Notes under the pieces: model-generated | Told to the model about the DNA's origin: nothing | What the model saw: only the letters and a program-made list of their open reading frames with translations | Databases searched by the model: none | Assembly (NCBI RefSeq): GCF_011386835.1 | Contig: NC_088796.1 | Coordinates: forward strand, 55,862,001 to 55,926,000 | Source of the DNA: Chrysemys picta bellii | Lineage: Eukaryota | Length of the DNA: 64,000 nucleotides | Direction: 5' to 3' | Made by a program: the position numbers and the translations under genes | Shown: piece by piece, positions 50,403 through 61,942 of the stretch | How positions within the stretch are numbered: the first letter of the stretch is position 1 | Layout of the letters: every line of letters starts with the position of its first letter

Positions 50403-53400
50403 AAGGAGTTCAAAAGAGGTTTTTTTTAAAAGTCAAAACTGTTTTTTTATCCTTTCACCTGTAAAACCAGGGGCCTTAGTTATTAGAAGGAGCCATAAAA
50501 CATTCCTCTTCAAAAGGGGCCTTTCCACCATAAGAATGACACTCACAAGACTGACACCCCCTTCTAGCCAAAAAAAGCCCCAATCACCCTATTCCCCAAA
50601 CATCTAAAAAAATTAGAAACACAAATCCTACATCAAGCAGACCTTTTATCCCCAAAAGCGGTAATTCTGAGAGACACCATACAATCCACTCGGGACTTGG
50701 CTACTGCTTTCAATTATATGTAGAAGATAGAAAGATAAAAAACTAATAAAAATAATGTGAAATAGTTTATCTGTGTCTGAAAATGTAATGATTTTAAATA
50801 TTGGTGACCCTTCAAGGGCTATCAGTCAGAGGTGGGTCTTATTGAGAGGCTGGATCTCCCTTTTCCCAAATGGATAAAGCCCCAATTTCTAACTGTGTAA
50901 GGTTGTGATGTATCAGATTTTAAACCTACAAATGTTCCAGTATTGAACATCGCCTGCCCTTGGCTGGGGGCAGGGTAATTTTGGGAGGAAAATTCCACAC
51001 TTGGAAGAAAGAAGGAAAGAGTTTCTGACATTTGCTTAAAAATGCAAGTGGTGGCTGTTTGAAGCAGTTCAGAGATAAAAAATGGTAGAAGTAATTCCAG
51101 CGAAGATAGATTAGTGGACAGCTTGCCAGAGCCAGGTGGTGAAGTGGTCAAAGATTCATGATAAGTTGCCAAATGACCCGAAATGTTTTATTTATCGCAT
51201 GATTTTTCTATTTATCACATGGATATCACTATCAGTGATGTGGCTTTTGAAAATTGGATATTTGTTGCTTGTCTCAGCAACATTGTACTTCAGATTTACT
51301 GATTGGGGATCATTTCATACAAAATAGAATTTCCTTCTCTATGGAGCTGCAGGGGCTTGCAGCAAAAGTGGTTAACTTGCCACAGCTTATTGTTTAAAAC
51401 TATTTTTTATTCCAACCTGTAGAGTTAAAGAGACTTGTTTGAATTAATTTTTTCTACTTTTTCAGGTCAGATTTTTGTCCTGCCCTCAGTGAATGCTCAA
51501 AGGGAGGAGAGGAGCCAGAATCCTGCTCCCTATGGTATAAAATTCTATGCTTTGTGAACACAGGCACCAGAGAAGCGGTAGCTATTTCAGCAGCACCAGC
51601 CACCCGGAAGTGGGTTGGGCCATGTAAGGTGAAGAGTGGCACTGGAGAATAAGGATAGGAGTTCAGGAGAGTTCTAGATTTGTTTGTGAATGGCCAGAAG
51701 CTCAGTAATGAGCTCAGCCCTCAGTTTGTAAAACTGGCCTCTCGGCAGGTTTAGTAACACTCTTTCTTAGAACGCTGCCTCCTTGCTACATCACACTTAT
51801 CCACAACAGGTTGCAAACGGAAGCCCACACTGGGGAAAGTGCCCAGGCCACTTACTCCTATCATTTCCTAATCCCCTGCACCGTGAAGGCATTCTGTCTG
51901 CATCTCTGCTCCACAAGCAGAATGCCTTTGGGAACTGCTCTAGACAGAGCAATAACAATAACAAATAACAAAAAGCAGCAGATTGAAAAACCACAGTTAA
52001 AGGGATAGAATTAATAGTTACGCAAATATAATCATATTCAGGTGTGTAGCTATGTGGGGGCTTTTTGGAGTCTTCGTCCTTCCCACATGATGATGCTGAG
52101 TGCCTGTTGTTGGTTTGGCCTCAACAATAGACAAGTTTGTGGCTGAGTATGCTGATTTGAAGTAGACCAGAGGCTATGAGTCCAGCCGTTTCTCTGTAAT
52201 AGGAAGTGTGGTTTTGGAGTTAGGCTAAAAAGTGAGGCCCCCAGGCCACCTTGCTGATGTTAGTGGGTAGAGGTCGGAGACACTATTCGGAGCAACATCT
52301 GAATCTCCATACAAACAAGACACTTCTTCCCATGCTCACTTCCCCCCTGTTATCTCTCTGCTGCCTCACCTGGATAGGTGCTAAGGGGAAGGTCCTCAGC
52401 TTCTATAAGATGTCATAGCTCCTTAGTCAGTAGAGATAGTCAATGGAGCTGTGACAATTTACCCCAGCTGAGAATCTACCCCTGAGAATAGGCCATCCCA
52501 ATTTTCTTGTGGCAGTAGCAGCAGAGTATTTCCCTTATGATTGCCCTGCATGCACCAGCTACATCACACTGGATGACCTGTACCTGGCTCCTGGAGGTGA
52601 ACGTGCAAAAGACAGACAGAGACTTAAAGATAGGTTAGGTTTGGGGAGCTGGCTTTTTTGGTGGTGTTTTTCTTTTTCTTCTCATGGTATCGCTATAGGG
52701 CAGAGTGTAGGTTGTTTGGGTGCCTTAACTATGCATTTCTGTGTCTGGACATGCTTGGATTTCTTTTAAGTGTTACCTTAACCCTGAAGTTCTTGGCTTT
52801 GTAATACTTTTATTGGGAATAATTCTGACATTCATATACTGTTTTTTCTTTAAATTACTGACAGTTACTTCACTCCAACTTAATGTAGTTTTACCTGGGA
52901 CTATTTAATTGAAACACCACATATATAATATACATATCCTTGTACAGATAATATTCTTCTCTTTGGGACAGGAGACCGCTTATATTTATTGCTCTGTGCG
53001 AAGATATTACTGTGAAAATATGTGTTGTCATCTTAAATAAAGTGAACTCTAGCAAGATTTCATTGAACAGCACTGAATTTGCCCCAAGATCCTATTTTAC
53101 ATATTTGTATAGTTGCATTTACATTTTTTACACTGTTACAAATATGTCATTTTTAAATGTCCATGTCAAGGGATCCCCTTTGGAAAATGTTATGTGGTCT
53201 CATTATACATTCCCCATCCTATTGGAATTGCTTCTACTGTAATGCTGTCTGACAAATCGGAGATGTATCTTGACTTCTACAATCATTTCCCATTAAACAG
53301 GGTGGAGTGTATCTTAAAGAAGCCTCCAATATATGCAATAATTAATTTTAAAGAGTATCTGCAGATTGATTAGATTTTATTTGTATATGTTACTTCAGAT

Positions 53401-54399
53401 TTCATCTAAACTGAAGTGTTTCTTTAGGCTGTTTTGCAGCTGTGCTTGCTTTCCAGCCCTAATAGTCATTCAGATCCATTCTTGTGCTCTTGTAACCTGC
53501 TGTTAGCCTATTATTTGCAATCTGTGGAAGGAGGAGACAAATTGTGTCACTATTCTTTATCAAAAGACCACACAGTTGTTTGCCACTTTGACTCCATGAT
53601 GGATAGTTATCTTGAGATGTGACAGGTGTGAGACTGGAAATTTAGAAGGAAACAATGCAGGAGCTCAGTTGCATTTTGTTATTGACACTTGCTTTATAAC
53701 ATAGGGTTAATCAATCTCTTATGTTGTCCTTAACCTCTTTTCTTTTTGTGTGTAAAATGCAGTTTTTCTCATCTAACTGACACTACAGGAAAAGGTTCAA
53801 GGAGATAACATACAACATTTTTTCCTTTACTACATTCTGGATACTCGTCAAATTGTATGAGAACCCTATCTGTGAATGTTTCATTTGACTAATCCTTTTT
53901 AAAACTGGGATACACAACTGGAAAAAGTACAATTAAAACTCTCAAAACATCCAGGAGTCAAGAAATCTACCATCCTGGAGAATGGTCTTTTTTAAGCTAG
54001 ATTTTTGTTGTCAACAAGCATTCTTTCAGCCTGTGATTTCTATAAAATAATTAGCCATATCTTGTCTCCCATTGATTGGGCTGAAATAAAACTGCTTCAA
54101 ATTAGGAACAGTAGCACATTAGAAATTAAATAACCATATTTGTTTTTAAAATTTTCCTGTTCAGGGAAGTACAGATTTCAGTGCATTTTCTGCTAGTATT
54201 CTAGATCCCATTTAGGCATTATCTTGACATTCAGGAAGAGAGCACAGTTACCAACAGATACATCAATTTTGTAAATGTTATATGCTGTGTTCATTATTAT
54301 ATTGTGCCGGACAGTGTGACAAGATATATAAGCTGAGGTTCTCAGTAAATGAGGATCTACTTTAAAAGCCAGAGAATGATGATTATTTTTTTTAGAGTT

Positions 54400-54557
54400 A
54401 CAGTAATATCTAGAAGCCTCAACAGAGCTTAGGACCCCAGTGTACATACGCATAATAAGTCCCCAGCATGACAGACAGTACTAATCTAAATAGACAAGGG
54501 AAAAGGTGGGAGAAAGGGAGCAGTATTATTCTCATTTTACAAAGAGAGAACTGAGTC

Positions 54558-54610
<53 letters not shown>

Positions 54611-54700
54611 AAGATTTTCCTGGGGTCATGCAGGAAATCTCTGGCTGAGCTGGGAATTGAACCTAGCTCTTTTAAGTCCCAGTCTAGCACCTAAACCTTA
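54400..54700 (-). mobile_element. MIR-type SINE containing a (TA)n(CA)n microsatellite (54563-54610)
   Basis: ttattctcattttacaaagagagaactgagtca...gggaattgaacctag...tcccagtctagcac. Confidence 0.75.
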
Positions 54701-55654
54701 ATTTACCTTGGTTTCAAATGTATTTTATTGTTCTATTTCTTTGTCACACTTTTTTTTCTGGTGTGAGACATGACTTGTAAGCAAAATTTTCTGCAAAAGG
54801 GACATTTTAAGTGGTTTGGTGACCTATTGAGGCTTCTAGACAGTTCAGGCACAGCTAATTCATACTGTGTGTGTTACAGTGAAAATGTAAAATTGTTTCC
54901 TTATATTTGGTAGCTAAAGAAAGTTTAAATAGCAAATGGAGAAATATTTTGTAGAAAATAATTCCTGCCCATGGAAGTATAAGCAGAAGGGCCAAAGTTA
55001 CCTAGAAAAAACCCAGCAGCCTTGAGGCTTAGAAATTTTCTCTGCATCATGCACTTGGGCAGCAGATTTGACCACCCACAGATCCTTGGTGTGATCAGGT
55101 GGTGTGGCTTGGCTAACCCTTGGATGTCCCAGAACCCTATGCATCAGTGCTGATGGTATCATCATTTACTTACTCAGAGAAATCCCATTGTGTTTCTAGG
55201 GACATGATGTGGAGAATGGCTTTCCATTGGCCATGTCTCATCCCCACCAAGCCATCCCTCCCTCACAAAGCTCACTTACACTTGACTGTATACATTTTGA
55301 ACAGAGTGGCTTTTGCAGGGTCAGAGGCAGGCAGCTTGGTACTGCAATACCTCAGCTTATTCCCTCTGAAAGATTTTATCACAAAGCCCTTTCATTTCCT
55401 CTGTGGGAAATATTGGAGGGGGATGAGATTTCTCTAAGACTCTGAAATGTGTCTATTGGATTTCCATATTAGCCTGCTGTCCCCACTCATTTCGTCTTGC
55501 CTTCTGAACTTTAGGCATTACAAATGAAAGCTTGAAAAGCATCTCATATGAAGTTCATGTCAGCTAGAACCAGAAGAAAATGTACCAAGGAAATTTCATA
55601 TGTGAGATTTGGGGAACAGGTTTTGAAATCCCCAAATCCTGTGATTTAAAGACT

Positions 55655-56095
55655 TCAAGTCCCAGAGACTCCTCCAGCTAGCGAACCCCGCCCCATGCTA
55701 CGTAGGAAGGCGAAAAATCTCCAGGGCCTCTGCCAATCTACCCTGGAGGACAATTCCTTCCCGACCCCAAATATGGCGATCAGTAGAACCCCGAGCATGC
55801 AGGCAAGATTGTCCAGCCAGACCCTCATTGACCATTGATACTATTTACCAGCGATGGCACGTTGTTGACTAATTGACTAAAATCACATTATCCCATCAAA
55901 CCATTCCCTCCATAAACTTATCTAGCTTAATCTTAAAGCCAGAGAGGTCTTTCGCCCCCACTGTTTCCCTCGGAAGGCTGTTCCAAAATTTCACCCCTCT
56001 GATGGTTAGAAACCTTCGTCTAATTTCAAGCCTAAACTTCCCCACGGCCAGTTTATATCCATTCGTTCTCGTGTCCACATTAGTACTGAGCTGAA
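55655..56095 (-). mobile_element. Young CR1 LINE 3' fragment with ORF2 C-terminus (55896-56078)
   Basis: TRTNGYKLAVGKFRLEIRRRFLTIRGVKFWNSLPRETVGAKDLSGFKIKLDKFMEGMV* is the classical CR1 ORF2 C-terminus; many CpGs retained. Confidence 0.93.
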
Positions 56096-56639
56096 AGAGG
56101 TGTTATGTGGAATCATAAATACTGAAGAATGAACATTACTACTAATATTCTATGCAGGACTGACTCCCGCAGATCAGCAGGATATGTCTAAGCTACATCT
56201 GTTTTCATGTCACGTCTTTCCTAAGCAAAGATGTGGTTTGTGTGGTTTATTGCTGTCACATGGCTGACGTTGTTATTCCATAACCTTAAGCCACTTGTTC
56301 TTTTGCTCCATGCCCCTAAACCTTGGCTCTTGCATGCTTTCCTTTCTCTCACCCTAACACTGCAACAGCTGAAATACATAAATGCCAAATAGCAACAGGA
56401 ATTCCTAAACAGAAGTAGTAATAAAATAACATACCTCCAACATCAAGGAGATACACATGTGACTGACATGGTTCAAGTGGCAGGTTTTAGTTAATGACAA
56501 TTGCTGCCACAATGGATCAAATTCCATATTTTAAAAAACAATAAGCATTAAGGATTAAGTCAGTTAAATTGATAGGCTTTGTAAGGAAAACATTTAAGAG
56601 CCATTGACCAGAAGGATGTTCTTATGGTTAAATATGGTT

Positions 56640-56880
56640 AAAGCATTGGTCGAGGGATCTTTGTTCAATTCCTGACTTGGCTGCAGACTTCCTGTGTGAC
56701 CTTGAATAAATCACTTTATGCTTCAGCATTTCACCTGCAAAATAGGGATTATGATGATATTTCATTTTTCTGTTTGGATTGTAAACTCTTAAAAGGAGGA
56801 GATGTCTCAGACTATCTATGTATGAGTATTATCAAAATGGGGCTCTCATTCTGCAGGGGCCTGTGGGCACTACCATAATT
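56640..56880 (+). mobile_element. MIR-type SINE
   Basis: gttcaattcctgacttggctgcagacttcctgtgtgaccttgaataaatcactt...tgcaaaataggga. Confidence 0.75.
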
Positions 56881-57696
56881 TGAATAAATCATAAATAATA
56901 ATAATAATTAATGAATAATTTAAAGAAGTCAAAGTAGGAGCAAGGACAAAATATAAAATACTCTTTTCATATTTGTAAATATTATGATCTCTATTGATCT
57001 AGGTTTAAGATAGTGGAAATGTGAAGCAGTTGAAGAACAAACAAGTGTAAAGAGTATAAGAAGTGTTGTTAAGAGAGAGAAAGCTTTGATTTGTTCTTAA
57101 TAGTGTTAAACACACTGTTAAGTAAAAAAAAAAGGCATCATAAGAAAACATTCCGTGTTAGACTCTAATAATTCTTACTGAGGAACTAGTGAAGGGAAAA
57201 ATATACTCAATATAGTGCAATGATTTTTTCTGTTCAATCAGTAGAGGATTTGGATTAAATCAAATATGAATTGATAATATGTCCTGTCATGCTTGCCCTT
57301 CTAAAAACATGTCTTTCTAGTCTGTTGAAGTACTCATATCATATAGAGAAACCTGAAAGTTTTAAACATTTTGATTTACTGCCAAGACAGATGTTTTATC
57401 AATAGCATGTACAGATGCCAATATATACCGTAGGCACAGAGTGAACACTAGCACTGGACTTCAACTTCCTCTGACAATAAGACAGTGGTTGAGATTCTGT
57501 GCTGTGCCTTGAAGCACTTCCATAAGATGGAGTCCCATGGAAGAGGCCTTTCTCAGGGCCTAGCATGGCCGCACTGTAAAGTAGTTCTATCTTAGGTACT
57601 TTTATGCCCCTATTACCGTATCACAACGACTCTGAGTCAGGGAAGTGCTATTTATCCCCATTTTACAAATTGGGAAAAGAGGCACAGAGAGATTAA

Positions 57697-57773
57697 GAGT
57701 CAGGTATTTAGGCACCTAAATATGCATCTTGTGGGGTTTAGAAAAGCACCTAGTTCCCATTAAAATCAGGCCC
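57697..57773. mobile_element. Short Harbinger-like MITE
   Basis: TAA TSD (57694-57696, 57774-57776); ends gagtcag / caggccc. Confidence 0.65.
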
Positions 57774-57814
57774 TAAAAGACTTACTCAGCATCACACACA
57801 AAGTCTGTAGCAGA

Positions 57815-58117
57815 CAAGGGCGCCTCTATGTATGTTGCTGCCCCAAGCACGGCAGTCAGGCGGCTTTCAGTGGTGCGGCTGTGGGAGGTCCACTGGTAAC
57901 GCAGATTTGGTGGCATGCCTGCGGGAGGTCTGCCGGTCCCGTGGCTTCGGCATACCCGCTTCTGAATTGACGCTGAAGCCGTGGGACCGGTGGACCTCCC
58001 GCAGGCATGCCGCCAAAGGCTCCCTGACTGCCGCCCCCACAGCGACCGACAGGCCGCCCCCCATGGCTTGCCGCCCCAGGCACATGCTTGGTGCACTGGT
58101 GCCTGGAGCCACCCCTG
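57815..58117. mobile_element. Young CpG-rich hAT MITE with internal inverted repeat
   Basis: TIRs caagggcgcctc / gagccacccctg; perfect 8-bp TSD gtagcaga (57807-57814, 58118-58125). Confidence 0.9.
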
Positions 58118-59299
58118 GTAGCAGAGCAGAGACTTGAAGCCAGGTCTCCTAAATTCCAAACTGGTAGTCTAACCCCTGAACCATCTTTTCTCTCTAAATG
58201 CCATCAAGTTGGATGTCTGTCCTTAGATTGTGAGTTCCTCAGCCTTGCGACTGTTGTTGATTGATTGAAAAGCTCGGAGCATATAGTTGGTGTTACAGTT
58301 AATAAACAATAATCACCCTGCTGTACTACCTATAAATTTTATTTAATTACATTCTTGACTGGGAGTAATATCATCTGATGTGCCTTAATATTTCTGCTGA
58401 ATAACCAGGGTCTAAATAGATAAACTGCAAATGAGAACACTAACAGATATATAGAGTTCCCTCTCAACTTGAATCATCCCCAAATTCTTGTTTGAAGAGA
58501 TAGGCTTGATAGTGTGCCCAAAAGGGTAACAAATTTGGGCTCTGGAGAATCTAAGCCCATGTTTGCTTAGTAAGAAATCCTTGTTTGGTCCAATCAAAGC
58601 ACATATGCAATCTACTGAATAGTATTATGAGGAGGAGCTTCTAAGAGAGCTTTCTGTGATTCTATATAACATTAAATTTATTTCTATTTCAATAATTAAA
58701 AGTACACCTATACAAGGCTCTAGGTGCCCTAATGTGCCCTAACACATAATTACTATTCTAACAACACCCTGGAAACATTAAAATAATAATTCAGATAGGA
58801 ACTCTGCTAGCCAGGGCTCATACAAAAAAAGCTCCTTTCTACCTCTTCATCACTCAGGAAGCATCCCATGCTCCCTCCCCCAAAACCCCTATCAAACAGA
58901 TAGCTGCTAGTAAGATTAGCTCTTTTGTTCTGGTGTGCATTATTAACCAATGGCATATATTAAAAATACAATTTTAAAAAAAATGTAAAAACGGAAAGAA
59001 TCCCATCTACTTTTAGAGCTAGCTGGCAGGTATTGTTCCAAAATGGTTTCTGCCTGCTTTATGCATTTTTCCAGCAGCCCTTCCCCTTCCTCACCTATTC
59101 TCAAATTAGACTTATGTGTACAACCATCAAATCAATATTTTGGGTTTGTTCAGGCAACTTCGGTATTATAATTTCTAATAAAAAAGAGAATGTTGATGTT
59201 TTCATAGGGCACAGAGCCTTACCCTTGGGCAATTTATTTATTTATTTATTTATTTTGCCTGCCTCTGCAGTCCGTAGCATGGGTCACATGCTGGTTTGA

Positions 59300-59484
59300 A
59301 CTAGAGTAAATGGTGGATTCTCGTAACTTGAAGTCTTAAAAAAATTATTTGAGGACTTCAGTAACTCAGCCAGAGGGTATGGGTCTATTACAGGAGCATT
59401 TGGGTGAGGTTCTGTTGCCTGCAATGTTCAGGAGGTCAGTATAGATGGTCACAGTGGTCCCTTCTGGCCTTAAAGTCTATGAGT
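59300..59484 (+). mobile_element. CR1 LINE 3' end
   Basis: ggtggattctc...tttgaggacttcagtaactcagccagagg...gtggtcccttctggccttaaagtctatgagt. Confidence 0.85.
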
Positions 59485-60395
59485 TTATAATCATCAGCTC
59501 TCGTGGGCCATGTAGCTAATTCAGTCACCTATGGAAGAACTTGTTCTTTCAATTGAGAGGACAGGAAGCTACTGCCTCCCCTCACATCAATCTCCAGCAG
59601 TACCATAGGAGGTGGGGATGGATATTCATATAGTTCTATAACATTATTTCACAGGGTTTCCCCTCAACATACAGGTATGCATATTCCATTTTAGAGCTCA
59701 GTTTCACAGCAGAGAAGCTAAAGACTCTCCTTAAAAGATGGCTTGGACCAGGAGTTGTCCTTCTTTACTTAGTTGTCTGAGAGCACTTGTGGTAGTGTCA
59801 TTCTTCAAAAGTAATTTTTGGAGCCATAACAGTCTTGTCAATGGCTGCCAAATTGGACTCCAATTTTGACAATTATTTTTTCCTCAGTTACTCCTGCAGG
59901 GAATTTCACATCTTGATAAAGGCTTTTGTTCCCTTTGGCAATCAGGCTAAAATTTCCAAACAAGCTCAAAGGCGGTGGGGGGCCGGGGGAGGGGGGTGGG
60001 AGAAGAGAGAGAGAGGGTCAGCGATGTCACTGGAACCTTAGGGTAAACTTGTTTAGGCTGTGAAAGGTTACCAGTGTTACCATTCCGTGTGTTTTGAATG
60101 TCAGCTGGATCAAAGACTCCAGGCAGCTGTCGAATGAAATAACTGTTTTTAAAAAAATCATACAAAATAGGAAAAATTAAATAAAAATTAAATTACAACC
60201 CATAGAAATGCAAGTGGCTGCACAAGCACCACCCAAGAGGGCTAGGGTAATTTGCTGTGATAGGGTTAACTCACAATTGCTTTGGGGGAGTTTAAGTGCT
60301 CAACACTAACATTTGTTTCTGTGGTATTTGCGTATTTATTGTTTGTTTTTAAAATGGAAATTGAACAGGACTTGACATTTTGAAGTGGTAACCTA

Positions 60396-60468
60396 GGGGC
60401 CTGATCCAACTACCTTTGAAGTCAATGGGAAGGCTGCTATTAACTTCAATGGGAGTTGGATCAGCCCC
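60396..60468. mobile_element. Short palindromic MITE
   Basis: ggggcctgatccaact...gaagtcaatggg...taacttc...agttggatcagcccc. Confidence 0.75.
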
Positions 60469-61287
60469 TATAATTACCATTAGAGTATTTTGCTGGTAAC
60501 AACTGTTTGAATGTACAGTAGCATCATTTGTGACACTAACAGTACAAGTTCAGTGTAAACCAGTTTCTATTCTGGTTTAATAGTAGCGTAACTATTTAAA
60601 CAGAAGGTTTTGAGGTTCAGCTTTTTCCTTCATATATTGACATGCAGTAACGCCCACTGATACTTCTGGAGAAGGAATGGACACTATATTTGCTCAGAAA
60701 TGTTGCTGCATTTCTCTAATGGATTTTTGTATGTTTGAACCTAAAATGAAAGCAAGATGAAGTCTTTGGAATCCCCCACCTGTGATGGGGCAGATAGGCC
60801 CCATACTGGCAGGGCGGGGATTAATGAGGGACAATTGGCCCTGCCCTACTACACCTGCAGCCATTGTCAGAGCGCAGAGAGGAGTTAAAAGGAAGAGGCC
60901 CAGCTTAGTTAGGGGCTGACCAGGAAGGAGAATAGAGCTCTGCTTCTTCCTTGATGAGGGAAACCTGGTTCTAGCCAAGAGCTTGAGACAGCTTGATACC
61001 TGGACTGGCCTCCTGGTGGATGGGTGGTGGCCCAGGCAGACTGTCAAAAAGGACTAGTGGCATGGAGACAAACCCTGAGTAGAAGTGTGGGGTCCTACCT
61101 GACAAATCCTAGGATGACCCTGGGTTTGAGTTCACTGTTTTTCTTTTACTGTGGGCTCTAATACTCCAGAAGGGGTGGGATTCAAGTGTGCCATGGACGG
61201 ACAGCTAGGGCACCATGATATCAAACCTCTGGGGACAACATCTGATTGTTGGGCACTCACAGCAGGGTGAGTTGTGCCCTGTGGGCC

Positions 61288-61942
61288 TGTAGCGGGGAAG
61301 TTACCCGCTCCAGCTCAGCAAGTGTTAATAGTCAGCCCTTGGAGAGGGCTGGGGCTGAGAATGAATTAGAAAAGGCTGAGATGTAGCCAGTCAGGGCCAG
61401 GCTGGGCCCTATAAAAGGGCTGCAGGGCCAGACGGCAGTCAGTCTCTCTCTAGCTTTGGAGAGAGATGGACCTAACTGCCTGAAGGAGCGAAGGGTACTG
61501 TGGACAGAGCAGTGTTGGGGAAAGAGTAGGCTGAGCTGGGGAGCTGAGGCCTGGTGACCTCCCAGGCTGTGGCCTGACAAGAAGGCCTAGAGAGGTACTG
61601 GGCTGCAGGGAAAGGCAGCAGGTCCAAACCCCTCTTGCCAATGATGAGTGGCCATTACACTGCAGTCTGCCCCAGTGAACAGCAGCTAAATGATGACTGG
61701 CAGTAAACACTGAGGCAAGGTGGGCTTAGAGGGTTGGGGGTTCCCCTGGGAGGGGAGACCCAGAATGTGATGGGGTATTGCAGGGGCAGAACCCTGAAGT
61801 AAAGGGCACCGGGGTCTAGGAGGGACACGAGGGCCAGTGGCAGGCAAGTCACTGGCCACCAGGAGGCGCTCCGAGTGCTGGAGAGCTAATTCCCAAGACA
61901 ACCAGCAGGAGACACCGCACTGGTGAGTCTCGCTTTGCTACA
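61288..61942 (+). mobile_element. Gypsy-like solo LTR (nested)
   Basis: TGTAGC...GCTACA inverted termini; ccctataaaaggg TATA at ~61410; 4-bp TSD ggcc/gacc (3/4). Confidence 0.8.
61856..61870 (+). promoter_or_regulatory. CTCF consensus motif within LTR
   Basis: CCACCAGGAGGCGCT matches core CCASYAGRKGGCRS except at the K position (AGGAGG); second weaker copy ccagcaggagacacc at 61902-61916. Confidence 0.5.

Larger units (their letters stand above)
57590..58190 (-). mobile_element. MIR-type SINE interrupted by two independent MITEs
   Basis: Removing 57697-57776 and 57815-58125 restores ggcacagagagattaa-aagacttactcagcatcacac...gtagcaga-gcagagacttgaagccaggtctcc. Confidence 0.8.

Noticed and set aside
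50500-50720. C/A-skewed stretch suggestive of a NUMT
   Set aside because: No mitochondrial protein, tRNA or rRNA motif recognisable in any frame.
50822-51327. 116-aa minus ORF and 63-aa plus ORF
   Set aside because: No known domain and no consistent splice sites on either strand.
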